A stretch of DNA of 29,495 nucleotides, taken from positions 1-29,495 of IMG/VR virus record IMGVR_UViG_3300017754_002634. One strand, given 5' to 3'. Made by a program: the position numbers and the translations under genes. Shown here piece after piece: positions 16,045 to 25,016 of this stretch. The notes under the pieces were generated by a model, which ran no database searches, was not told where the DNA came from, and worked only from the letters and a program-made list of their open reading frames with translations. Source of the stretch: a virus (lineage: Duplodnaviria; Caudoviricetes). Positions within the stretch are counted from its first letter, which is position 1. The number at the start of each line of letters is the position of its first letter.

Positions 16045-17426
16045 CGGCTAATCTCTTCCCAGTCAAGGGAGGCCAGCACTTGGTGGCCGTTTGACCCTCC
16101 AGCGCAAATAAGCGTCAGCTCATAGGCGGTGGCTGTAAACGGTTCACGCTCCAACTGGAAGGCAAACAGCGCCTGCTTTAAGATGTCTACCGAGGTTGAG
16201 CCTTGATTTGAGCCTTGGAAGAAACCCGACGCCAAAACCCGCCCAGTGCCGGTAGTGAACGCGGTCCCAGTGAGGTTGTACTCCACACTGGAGTTTGTGC
16301 CTGCACTCACCCAAGTACCTGCCGTCGTCGTGCCCCCTGCCACTACCCGCCAGTTGTAGTTGGCATTGTTGGTAATACCAAGGATAGACAGGGCAGTCAG
16401 GATGGCGATAGCGTCCAGACGGGTGCTTTTGAGTCGAAGGGAGACCACTGGGTAGTAGGTTCCTGCAGTGGTCAATGTGCTGGGGCTGGTAATTGGGTTG
16501 CCCACAGATAACTGCGCCCCGGCAAGCTGGTAGCCGCCTTCAGAGATTACCGTGGAGCAGACCTGTTTGAGCGTGCTGGCGCTGGCCGTTGCTGCCGTGT
16601 TGGTCATCTCATACCGCAGAGGCAAGGATGCGGTGGTGATATAGGTCGTAGTGACTAAGTTGGCGTGGTCAAAGTTGTGCGCTGGGACAAACTGGCCGTT
16701 GATGATGAAGCCGGTACGCACCGTGCCCAGACCCAACCACTCCACGTCCATGTACAGAATCTGCGCCTTGGACGAATCCAGCGTCAGCCCGGACGGGCCA
16801 GTCCCGTCTAACGGGTCTTGGTTCCAGTTGGCCTGAGCCACAGGGGTGTCCACCATAGCCCCAGAAACACTGCTGCGCTCGACCATGTAGTTTGTGGTCC
16901 CGCTGCGTTCAAAGTAGATGCCGTTGGCCGCTCCATAGTAGCCCACGCGTTGGCGCAAACCAGCCTTGGGGTCGCCCATGACAAACGTACTCATGACAAG
17001 CAAGCTTTTACCGGGCTGGTAGGAGAACACCTTGATGGTCTCGCGGATGATCTGATCCCCGCTGGCCGTGCCAACGGTCAGGTTTACCAAGCCTTCATCT
17101 GCGCTGAATGTGGCTGCTGCCGTGCCGGTTGTGCTGGTAGCCCACAGGTTGTTGTCGGCGTAGCGGTGGGATGAATCAAACAGCGTGAACGGGTTGCTGA
17201 CCCGCAACCGCCCAAACGCATCAAGGTTTGTTCCGGTGATTTCTACAGGGAGAGTTTCCATAGTGGCCACGAGTTGCCCCAAAATGTTGTCGAGTCGGTT
17301 GAAGTACAAACGCAGCACATCCGAGTACTGATCGTGAAAACGAGGCTCGTACTGGGTTGGAGCTGTCGGTAAGCGCGGCGCTACAACGCGGTTCAGTTCA
17401 AACTCAGAAGTGACAATCAAAGTCAT
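16041..17426 (-). CDS. Virion structural protein, tail needle/fibre-like with a beta-rich (lectin-like) C-terminal part (461 aa)
   Basis: N-terminal APRLP.AP..Y.......LRLYFNRLD helical anchor, a DAFGRLRVS motif and a Thr/Gly-rich beta body. It follows the hub-like gene (P22 gp26 position). Confidence 0.6.
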   Translation of the reverse strand: MTLIVTSEFELNRVVAPRLPTAPTQYEPRFHDQYSDVLRLYFNRLDNILGQLVATMETLPVEITGTNLDAFGRLRVSNPFTLFDSSHRYADNNLWATSTTGTAAATFSADEGLVNLTVGTASGDQIIRETIKVFSYQPGKSLLVMSTFVMGDPKAGLRQRVGYYGAANGIYFERSGTTNYMVERSSVSGAMVDTPVAQANWNQDPLDGTGPSGLTLDSSKAQILYMDVEWLGLGTVRTGFIINGQFVPAHNFDHANLVTTTYITTASLPLRYEMTNTAATASASTLKQVCSTVISEGGYQLAGAQLSVGNPITSPSTLTTAGTYYPVVSLRLKSTRLDAIAILTALSILGITNNANYNWRVVAGGTTTAGTWVSAGTNSSVEYNLTGTAFTTGTGRVLASGFFQGSNQGSTSVDILKQALFAFQLEREPFTATAYELTLICAGGSNGHQVLASLDWEEISR

Positions 17427-17431
17427 GCTTA

Positions 17432-19591
17432 TTACCTACGTCCATCAGGACGAACATCAACCGATGGGACGCCAAGCTGCCATTGAACCCCAAGGCCATC
17501 AGAGCCGATTCGGAACGCCATCTGCCGCCCACGCACCCGTGTGTACACAATTTCAGTGAACTGCTGCACCACATAGTTGCGCTGGCCCTGATAGTTCTGG
17601 GTACTGACAACCTCGGGAGATGGGGCCGCGCCGTAGTTTGCGCCGGGGTTCTGTCGGGGGCGCATCGTAATTGTCACCGCCGGGTTGTTCACGTACGAGC
17701 CGTCGAACGTAACGTCTGGGATCATGCGCCAAACAAAACCGTAGTTATGGCCGTCACCGATGTTAAAGTCGGCAGACTGAATATATGCCTCGATTGGGCT
17801 TGGCGGGTTTGTGGTGCCGTCGTTTACACCGTCTTCGTGGTAAATCAACTGGCCATCGTAGCCCGCAGCGGACGGGAAGTCGCGCAGGGGTGTATCAGTC
17901 CAAGCTGTTCGAGCCATATTGCCGTACGACCAGATTTTTTCCAAGTGGTTGTACACAACGTAGCGGTCAATTGCCGTGGAGTTGGCCGAGCAGTAGAACC
18001 ACCAGATTTCGTTGAAACCTTCATTGGTGCTTGCAAAGAATTGGTATTGCTGCTGCAAGTTGATGTCGCCAAAAATGTACTGGCGCAGTGGGCAGTAAAG
18101 CGTTTCCACACGACCGGAGTACATGTAGAACTTGTCTAAGCCCATCCAGTACGTGATGTTGGCGGCTGTTGCCACAGTGTTTGGCCCAGCAATCGAGGTG
18201 TTCGAACCCAAAATCTGAAAGCCCCAAACGTACGGCGGGCCAAGGTACTGCATGGAGTAGATGGCTGCGTCAGTCCACACCAAGATTTCTTGACGGGTTT
18301 GCAAGTGCGCAACAATCGACGAACCGGTACTCAAGCGGTAGCTGCCCGCTTGGTTAGTGATTGCCGGTGCCCAAAGCGCGTAGTTTTCCTGATCCGACCA
18401 GCGAATCAGTAACGGGTCTTGCACAGCCGAGCCGTAGTCATTGCAGCCAAAGGCAATCACAAAGCGCGAGGCGTCAGAAACGGCCACGGCATTGCAAACC
18501 GACGGGCAGTCTGTGTCGGTGGTGTATGGAGAAGGGCTGGTTGAGCTGAGCAACACTGCGCGGTCGTACACGTTCGGGCTTGGGTTTACCTTCCAGAGAT
18601 ACAGCGCACCGCCGCGAGGGTTGATGAGGAGGTCTTGCCCGTAGTTGGCTTGACTCCACAGGCGCATCTGGATGCCAACACCAAGACCCGAAGGGGCTGC
18701 CTCGCCCCAGCCGGTAGCACCGATGTATTGGTTTACCGTGGTGCCAGAGGAATAGGCCAAGGCGGTGCTGCCCACACCACGCACGCAGCCAGTGAACGTG
18801 GTTCCTGTTTTACCCGAGTAGGTGATGTACTCGCCGCCAATTCCGATTGCGCCGGAGGCAGCAAAGCCTGTGGTGGAAATAACAGTAATGGTGGTTGCGC
18901 TTGAGCTCAGCGAACCGTCTAGCGTGGTGAAAGCAGAAATTGTTGTGGTTCCACCCCAGCCCCCGGCACCCCAACCCACACCCACTGTAAAAATCTCGCC
19001 GCCAATTGAGATTTGGTAGGCAAATGTGCCTGCTCCTGTGGTTCCCGAAGATGTAGCTGGAGACGACACCGTGATGCTGTATGTCGATGCGTCAATATAA
19101 GTGATCCTGAACTCTTGGTTCAAAGCAGCCGCAGGAATACCATTAACCGCACCCGCAACACCGGAGATAGTCACAAAATCACCAGTTTGTCCGCCGTAAC
19201 CTGCGTCGTTGATTACCACTGTGGTGGAACCGTTGACTGTGGTGAATGCGTTGGATGCAATGGTGTTGGTGTCCCGAAGTGGCGTGACGTCGTAGAAATC
19301 ACCGCCAGCGGTCTGCTGGATGTAGTACTTCAGGTTGGTGCCCAAACCCATCAGGTTGGTGCCGTTCAATGTGACCCAGTTCCACAGAGACCGGCAAATA
19401 CCCCAGAACGAACCCGCAGGAGGTTGCAAAGTGGCCTCCGCTGTGCCGGTGTCCAACGTCCAACCCCCGATTTTCTCGGGGTAACCAGAGCGAAAACGCA
19501 CCTTGTCCATCTCGAACCAAGTGCCTTCGTTGGCCAGCGATGTCGATTCTCGGTTGATGCCGGGTCTGAGTTGGAGCTTTTGCAGTGGCAT
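17432..19591 (-). CDS. Tail hub / nozzle-like structural protein (P22 gp10 / tail tubular B-like; 719 aa)
   Basis: Conserved-looking N-terminus (PGINRE...W...DKVRFR.G.PEKIGGW). Propeller-like motifs IRWSDQE, NQAGS.RL, EIWWFY and the C-terminal RVRGRQ. Size and synteny fit this assignment. Confidence 0.7.
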   Translation of the reverse strand: MPLQKLQLRPGINRESTSLANEGTWFEMDKVRFRSGYPEKIGGWTLDTGTAEATLQPPAGSFWGICRSLWNWVTLNGTNLMGLGTNLKYYIQQTAGGDFYDVTPLRDTNTIASNAFTTVNGSTTVVINDAGYGGQTGDFVTISGVAGAVNGIPAAALNQEFRITYIDASTYSITVSSPATSSGTTGAGTFAYQISIGGEIFTVGVGWGAGGWGGTTTISAFTTLDGSLSSSATTITVISTTGFAASGAIGIGGEYITYSGKTGTTFTGCVRGVGSTALAYSSGTTVNQYIGATGWGEAAPSGLGVGIQMRLWSQANYGQDLLINPRGGALYLWKVNPSPNVYDRAVLLSSTSPSPYTTDTDCPSVCNAVAVSDASRFVIAFGCNDYGSAVQDPLLIRWSDQENYALWAPAITNQAGSYRLSTGSSIVAHLQTRQEILVWTDAAIYSMQYLGPPYVWGFQILGSNTSIAGPNTVATAANITYWMGLDKFYMYSGRVETLYCPLRQYIFGDINLQQQYQFFASTNEGFNEIWWFYCSANSTAIDRYVVYNHLEKIWSYGNMARTAWTDTPLRDFPSAAGYDGQLIYHEDGVNDGTTNPPSPIEAYIQSADFNIGDGHNYGFVWRMIPDVTFDGSYVNNPAVTITMRPRQNPGANYGAAPSPEVVSTQNYQGQRNYVVQQFTEIVYTRVRGRQMAFRIGSDGLGVQWQLGVPSVDVRPDGRR

Positions 19592-19600
19592 GTGGGCCTC

Positions 19601-20197
19601 TTAGGTGAGCACGGCCAGCGCGTGGTTGATGTGCTTGATACGATCGTCAAGCCCAATGGTACCGCCGTTGATCTTCTTTGTCATCCCGGTGTAGTCCTTG
19701 GCGTCGGCTTCTTTGTTTAAACCGCGCTTGTTCCAGTACCAAGCCGCGCTCAGAGCTGCGTACTTGGGGGACAGAATCAGGTCTGGGGAGTGGATGAAGT
19801 CCTCACCCAAGGCATCCCCGCACAGGGTGTAATTGTCTTTCCCGGTCAATTGGATCAGACCCCGGCCCTTGTACAAGCTGCCTTCCTCCGTCTCCTCAGT
19901 GCCGTTGCCCATGCGCCCGCCGTAGACCTTGTTGGCAATCTTGTCAGGGTTGCGGTGGTAGGGCTGGGCGGACTCCAGCGTGGGGAACCGGCTGGGCCAA
20001 ACGCGGCACAGGGACTCTGCGCTGTAGTTCAGGTTCTCCTGCAAGGTCTTGAAGTTGCCGGACTCGTGGGCGCACTGCCCGATGAACGCTGCCATCCGCA
20101 GGGGAGTGTTGATCTCATAACGCTGGAAAGCGTCATTCAGCGGCTCCAGCCAGTCTTCGGAGATGTGCAGTTCTTTGAGTTGTTCAGCAGTAATCAC
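19601..20197 (-). CDS. Endolysin, glycoside hydrolase family 19 (198 aa)
   Basis: Motifs AAFIGQCAHES, YKGRGLIQLTGKDNY, SAAWYW and TKKINGG..GL.DR. GTG start overlaps the upstream TGA. Confidence 0.93.
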   Translation of the reverse strand: MITAEQLKELHISEDWLEPLNDAFQRYEINTPLRMAAFIGQCAHESGNFKTLQENLNYSAESLCRVWPSRFPTLESAQPYHRNPDKIANKVYGGRMGNGTEETEEGSLYKGRGLIQLTGKDNYTLCGDALGEDFIHSPDLILSPKYAALSAAWYWNKRGLNKEADAKDYTGMTKKINGGTIGLDDRIKHINHALAVLT

Positions 20198-20700
20198 TTT
20201 GCGTCCTTGAGTTTTTGGATGTCAGCGCCTTTGTCCTTGGAGCCCTGTGAGCTGCCACGGTGGAAGTTCAGGATGGTACCGCTCATCGTGATGAGGGAGC
20301 CGAGCGCCATATAGACCAGCTCTTTGTTGGCATCAGGTACGCCCTTCATAAAAGCAAACCAAGCCAGAAAGATGGTGGCCGATACGATGCCAATGTCCAG
20401 CGCGTATGCCGTGTTCTTAGCCAGCCACGATGCGTTGGCGGACTCTTGAATCTCGGCGTTCATCTTCCGGGCGCTGTCAGTGTTGGCGTTGTGCAACTCA
20501 AACTGCTTAGTATCAATCTCGGCCAGCTTTTGTGCTGCTTGCGGGTCTGCTTGAATGGCGCTCGCTACAGCCTCTACTGTGTCCTCAACACCCAGCTTCT
20601 CGGCAATCGCCTTGACCGCCATGCCGCCCAACGGGCCCGTGACTGCGGTTGCCAGCATCGGTGCCACATTTTTAAGAAGTCCTGCAAGCATGTCGTTCAT
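20194..20700 (-). CDS. Holin-like membrane protein (168 aa)
   Basis: N-terminal amphipathic AP.LATA..GPLGG segment, two C-terminal hydrophobic helices and an 'F..GSS.GS..K' tail. Directly upstream of the endolysin. Confidence 0.7.
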   Translation of the reverse strand: MNDMLAGLLKNVAPMLATAVTGPLGGMAVKAIAEKLGVEDTVEAVASAIQADPQAAQKLAEIDTKQFELHNANTDSARKMNAEIQESANASWLAKNTAYALDIGIVSATIFLAWFAFMKGVPDANKELVYMALGSLITMSGTILNFHRGSSQGSKDKGADIQKLKDAK

Positions 20701-21317
20701 CAGTTGCCCCTTTTGGTTAACATGGCGCTGGCAATCTCCAGCATGAATTTTATCTGCTCAAGCTGCTCTGGCTGCTGCGCCCATCCAACAGTGATCTGTC
20801 CAACAAACCGATGGTTGTCTGGTGGGACGCTGATCCGGCAGGTGTACCCCACGCCCTTCTCGATGTACCACAGGCCCACCTAGGACTGCGCGTAGCGGTA
20901 CTCCCCGCAAGGAATCTCATTGGTCATTAACTTGATGATGTCGGCATTGTTGGCGGCGTTCTGGCTGAACAGACCCACGTCAATGTCTTCAATGCTCTTG
21001 TCGCGCCCGTCTTTGGTGTACGCTTTGTACAGCACCCGACTACCAAACAAAGGGTTAACCCTAAAGATCGCCACCACGGTTGCGCCCGTCTTCTTGAACA
21101 GCATGGCGCTGGCCTCATCGGCACGGCTGGTGTTGATCTCGGGCAGCTTCTTGGACTCCTTGTAGGCGTCGCGCATGAACTCTTGGTTCTGCCACAGGAA
21201 GTAGCCCGAGAACGCCACGATGCCCATGATGAGGATGGCGAACAGTTTAAACGGCGAGTCCACATACCCGAGCACCTTGTCGAGCGTGGAGTTGGCGTTC
21301 AGCTTCTCATCGCTCAC
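20700..21317 (-). pseudogene. T4 holin T-like protein (single TM plus periplasmic domain) interrupted by one in-frame TAG at 20880-20882
   Basis: The 145-aa ORF continues in frame past the TAG for 59 more codons (VGLWYIEKGVGYTCRISVPP...RGN) to a TGA at 20700-20702 that overlaps the next ATG. It has an N-terminal TM and two Cys (IPC, YTC). Confidence 0.7.
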
Positions 21318-21760
21318 CGCAGATACCTCATGTACAGCACGATGCCGTAGATCATCAGCGCGGCCAGCACCACCGTAGCCATACCCATTGCAATGTACTC
21401 AACCATCTTGGCTGCTTGCTCTGCTCTACGGGCCTTCTCTCGGGCGGCGGCCTCCTTGGCCTCGCGGCGCTTACGGGCTGCGGCGGCTTGGAACTTTACC
21501 CAATCGTCCCACATGCCCGGACGACCAGCATAAACCATGCGCTCGCGCAGTTCTTCTTCCTGCTGCCTGAGTTGCTCCAGCGCCATGAACTCTTCCATGT
21601 CGGAGCCGCCACCCTTCTTGGTGGCTTTTTCTTGAATGCTTGCCTTGTTGTCAAAGTAATCAAACACCCGCGAACCAAGCTGGTGCAGCTCCTTGCCATT
21701 GGCAAGTGCCCCCTTAATGACGGCAAAAGCGGCGTTGGCGGCGGCAAGCTCTGCAAGCAT
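21314..21760 (-). CDS. Hypothetical membrane protein of the lysis block (148 aa)
   Basis: Amphipathic N-terminus, coiled coil and C-terminal TM helix. GTGA overlap with the next gene. Confidence 0.7.
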   Translation of the reverse strand: MLAELAAANAAFAVIKGALANGKELHQLGSRVFDYFDNKASIQEKATKKGGGSDMEEFMALEQLRQQEEELRERMVYAGRPGMWDDWVKFQAAAARKRREAKEAAAREKARRAEQAAKMVEYIAMGMATVVLAALMIYGIVLYMRYLR

Positions 21761-21784
21761 AGGCGTTTTTACTCAAGCTACGGC

Positions 21785-23659
21785 TTATGTCTTGATGATG
21801 TACTGCAAGGCAATGTACGGTTGCAGGTTGCGCTGCACGCCGCTTTGCTCTTGGATCGTCATCGTCTGCGTGCCTGAGCCGGTTGAGGTGATGTTGACGG
21901 CGGAGCCACCAATAGATGTAGACAGTTTGCAGGTTTCCGCCGCAGGGTCTGCATCAATAATGTAGTAGGTTGTTGAAGAGGACAAGCCAGCGGGCAAGGT
22001 GCCGGACGTGCTAACTTTCACCGCAATATTGTTGTCCCAACCGGTGCCCATCGTGATGACGTCAGAGGTGGCCGCTGTAAACGTCTGCGAAGCACCAACA
22101 ATACTGTGGGTGTGGTTAGCGTCAATAAACAGGTTTTCGTTAACCGCCCCAGAACCAAACCCGGCTTGGTTTGCGCCCGTAGGGTTTGTAGCAGACACGA
22201 TGCCATTACCGGTGTTGGTAGGAATACCGTTAGAGCCGAAGTTGATATTGCCGTCCAAATCAGTGGTCGTGCTAATCGTGTTCGTGGGCAGCACAGCATC
22301 ACGAGAACCGCCTGTAGCAGCCAAAGAGTACAAGTCACCCGCACCGATTGGCACACGGTTTTCCAAGTTGGGCACGTTGAACGTGGTAGAACCGTCGCCT
22401 GTGCCGTAGGTGGTGCTGATTACACCAAACAGCGTTGCATAGGTTGTACGAGACACAGCCGCGCCGTTACACAACAGGTAACCAGAAGGGGCAGTGTTGG
22501 TGGACCACATATGGATCGTGCCAGCAGCGGTGGGGTCAAAGGCTTCAACAAAAGCGCAGGTGGCAAGAGCTGTCGTCGATGTTCCCGAAGGAGCGGTAAC
22601 GCCAAGCGATACGGGCGTCAAGGTCAAGTTACCTGAACCTACGTTGGTGATGTTGACGGCGGAGCCGCCAACTGTTGTAGACAGCTTGATTGTCTGCGTG
22701 CCGGAGTAGGTCCCGGTTATGGCGGTTGAGGCCACGGTCTGTGATGCGGCAACAATGTACGTACCCACTCCGCCAGTGCCCGTCCCCAAAGAGGAGACCG
22801 TGGTTGCAGTCACGCCCGTGCCAGAAATTGCTGTACCCACGCCAATCGAGCCCGCATACACCGCCGAGATTGTCAGGGTTGTGCCGGAAATCGAACCCAA
22901 CCCCGAAAAATAAGATGTTGCGCTTGTGTTGACAACAAAGTAGTTGGTGTTGGTTGACAAACCTGTGGGCATTGTCCCCGAAGAAGACAGAATGACTGCC
23001 ACATCATCCGAGTAAGCCGCTGACGCCAGCGTCACCGTGTCGTTGGCAACACTGACTGCGCTTGCTTGCGTTACTGTCTGGGCGGTAGCGCCGTTTAAAT
23101 ACGCCGTGCCGCCTGTGGAAATGGAGCCAACCGCTGAAATCTCACCCAAAACTGTTTGCGATCCACCTGTGGAAATGGAGGCGTTGGTCGATATTCCATC
23201 ATCCACCACAAGGGAGCCGCCAAGCAGCAGATTGTTTGCGTAGTCAACCGCGACTCGGAAATTGGTCCCCTCGGTCCATACCGGGACAGTTCTACCGGCA
23301 GGAATAGCCACCCCCGTACCGGCTGCGGTGGTATTTCCAATTACGGTTGAGTTGTAGATTGTGGCGGTGTAGCTGCTGGCGTTGTAAATGATGTACGTTT
23401 TTTCGGCCGGGGGTGCGTACACGGCAAAGTTTGCGCCTGTGGTTGTTGTCAACGCAATTGTCTGGTTGCGAGATTCGTCTGGAGCACCGTTGAGCGCGGT
23501 AAGCGCTTGGTCGGCGGTCGTAATCGACACCGAGGTATATCCAGCAATAGCCGACTCAATCAAGCCGCCGAGGTTGGTATTGGTTGTATTGCCCCATGTA
23601 CCGGCTTGATCGCCGGTTGTGATGAGTTCAATCCGAAGGGATGGGGAATACGTGCTCAT
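21785..23659 (-). CDS. Tail fibre protein with phage tail-collar domain (624 aa)
   Basis: SD GAGGAG. N-terminal [22 protein letters not shown] anchor. Collar motif GTIHMW...[22 protein letters not shown]...[14 protein letters not shown] and the C-terminal [14 protein letters not shown]. Confidence 0.85.
   Translation of the reverse strand: MSTYSPSLRIELITTGDQAGTWGNTTNTNLGGLIESAIAGYTSVSITTADQALTALNGAPDESRNQTIALTTTTGANFAVYAPPAEKTYIIYNASSYTATIYNSTVIGNTTAAGTGVAIPAGRTVPVWTEGTNFRVAVDYANNLLLGGSLVVDDGISTNASISTGGSQTVLGEISAVGSISTGGTAYLNGATAQTVTQASAVSVANDTVTLASAAYSDDVAVILSSSGTMPTGLSTNTNYFVVNTSATSYFSGLGSISGTTLTISAVYAGSIGVGTAISGTGVTATTVSSLGTGTGGVGTYIVAASQTVASTAITGTYSGTQTIKLSTTVGGSAVNITNVGSGNLTLTPVSLGVTAPSGTSTTALATCAFVEAFDPTAAGTIHMWSTNTAPSGYLLCNGAAVSRTTYATLFGVISTTYGTGDGSTTFNVPNLENRVPIGAGDLYSLAATGGSRDAVLPTNTISTTTDLDGNINFGSNGIPTNTGNGIVSATNPTGANQAGFGSGAVNENLFIDANHTHSIVGASQTFTAATSDVITMGTGWDNNIAVKVSTSGTLPAGLSSSTTYYIIDADPAAETCKLSTSIGGSAVNITSTGSGTQTMTIQEQSGVQRNLQPYIALQYIIKT
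21887..22666. repeat. 21-bp exact direct repeat (21887-21907 and 22646-22666) marking an intragenic domain duplication
   Basis: GGTGATGTTGACGGCGGAGCC occurs twice. Both copies encode part of [15 protein letters not shown]. Confidence 0.8.
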
Positions 23660-23668
23660 ACTTGCTCC

Positions 23669-24757
23669 TCAGTCAGCTGTGGGGATATTTGTCCACCCGG
23701 GGGTTTGCGAGTCGTCGATAGTTGGCCAACTCGATGATTGTGCGTTGTCTACATTTTGCCACGTTGTACTTTGACTGTCATCCAACGCTTGCCATGCAAC
23801 AACCTGCGCAGTATTGATTTCACCCCAAGAGCCATCTTGTGCGTCGTCAATCAACTCCCAGAGCAAGCGGCGCAGAACCTCGTCGGCGCCAACAGCGCCC
23901 TCGGTAACGGCGGCAAAGAAAGCTGCTGTGGCCACAACCTCATCGAGCGCCTGCACCACTTCGACAACGGCCACCAAGAACTGCATCTGGGCGCTAAGAG
24001 ACTCTGAACCTGTAGCGGACTCACTCACACTGGCCGAGATCACCGTGAAGGCGGAAACCGTATCAGTACCGGTGGCAGCTTCGACAATTTCCGCAAGATA
24101 GGACAACCCGCCGTTTGGCAGGTCAGACATGGTGGCTGTTTCAGAGATGGTTACCGCAAACGTCACGGCTGCGGATACAAGCTCTTGGCCTGTTGCAGTC
24201 TCGGATAGAGCCACCAAGAAGTTGGCAGCGGCGGAGACGGCGTCGGAGGCAGAGCCATTCTCCGCAATGGCCGCAAGCATGGACGCGGCCGCCGAAACGG
24301 AATCGGACCCAGCCGCCGTCTCCGCTACAAACACTTGTGTATTGGCGTTGGCAAACACTGAGTCGCTGATTGTGGATGTTTCGGAAACGCTGCCTGCGAA
24401 AGTAGCGGCGGCGGACACTGAGTCCAGCCCAGAGGCGGTCTCTTGGACAGAAACACCAAACGCGGCATTGGACGCCACGGCGTCAGAGCCAGTCCCAACT
24501 TCGGCAATCGCAGCCGAGAACACAAGGCCCCCAACTACGCTGTCGCTGCCAGTCAGCGCCTCGTAGACCGCTACGCTGAAGTTGACTGCGGTAGAGACGG
24601 AATCCAAGCCGGAAGCCAGCTCAGATATGGCGGCATTAAGAGCGGCTTGGCTGGAGACGGCGTCGGCCCCAGTGGCGGTCTCGGAAATAGAAGACGCAAT
24701 TTGGGCTTGCCCGATACCAGCAAATGTCGCACCGGCAAAAGTGGCTAACCCAAACAT
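23669..24757 (-). CDS. Repetitive acidic fibre-like structural protein (362 aa; 20-aa and 11-aa repeats)
   Basis: SD GAGGAG. MFG..TFA...FA start, about 14 repeats of 20 aa with E at position 3 and D/E at position 9, and six Trp spaced 11 aa apart at the C-terminus. Confidence 0.75.
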   Translation of the reverse strand: MFGLATFAGATFAGIGQAQIASSISETATGADAVSSQAALNAAISELASGLDSVSTAVNFSVAVYEALTGSDSVVGGLVFSAAIAEVGTGSDAVASNAAFGVSVQETASGLDSVSAAATFAGSVSETSTISDSVFANANTQVFVAETAAGSDSVSAAASMLAAIAENGSASDAVSAAANFLVALSETATGQELVSAAVTFAVTISETATMSDLPNGGLSYLAEIVEAATGTDTVSAFTVISASVSESATGSESLSAQMQFLVAVVEVVQALDEVVATAAFFAAVTEGAVGADEVLRRLLWELIDDAQDGSWGEINTAQVVAWQALDDSQSTTWQNVDNAQSSSWPTIDDSQTPGWTNIPTAD

Positions 24758-24765
24758 GTGTCTCC

Positions 24766-24855
24766 TCAGTAGTTGTTTAATTGCTCCTCATCGTCCAGCA
24801 TCGCCCACCCAATAAAGATGAGCAAGGTTAGTGGGATGAGAAGAAGCCAGATCAT
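24766..24855 (-). CDS. Unannotated 29-aa single-pass membrane peptide (MIWLLLIPLTLLIFIGWAMLDDEEQLNNY)
   Basis: Translated by hand. The ATG overlaps the upstream TAA (TAATG), and its TGA runs into the SD of the next gene. Confidence 0.55.
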   Translation of the reverse strand: MIWLLLIPLTLLIFIGWAMLDDEEQLNNY

Positions 24856-25016
24856 TACCAGCCCATTGCCGCTACATCAGCAGCGCGGTCAGGGTAGGCG
24901 GCCAAGTATTGCTCTTTGTCTGCTTGTGCGTACTCTTGTGCCGTGCCGTCTTCAAAGGTCACGATGAGTTTGTGTTCCGCATCAGGCGGTGTCAAAAATG
25001 TGATTGTGTGTTCCAT
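24855..25016 (-). CDS. Unannotated 53-aa protein (MEHTITFLTPPDAEHKLIVTFEDG...MGW), possible fibre chaperone/accessory
   Basis: Translated by hand. The ATG immediately follows the TAA of the fibre gene and fills the gap together with the 29-aa ORF. Confidence 0.65.
   Translation of the reverse strand: MEHTITFLTPPDAEHKLIVTFEDGTAQEYAQADKEQYLAAYPDRAADVAAMGW

Noticed and set aside
20880-20882. Genome-wide TAG recoding (alternative genetic code)
   Set aside because: All other genes, including the 3044-codon ORF, are intact in the standard code, and the 61-aa ORF appears to end at TAG. One internal TAG does not support recoding.
21887-22666. Direct repeat as a diversity-generating retroelement TR/VR pair or invertible segment
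   Set aside because: The repeat is short, both copies are coding within one gene, it is direct rather than inverted, and there is no reverse transcriptase or invertase in the window.
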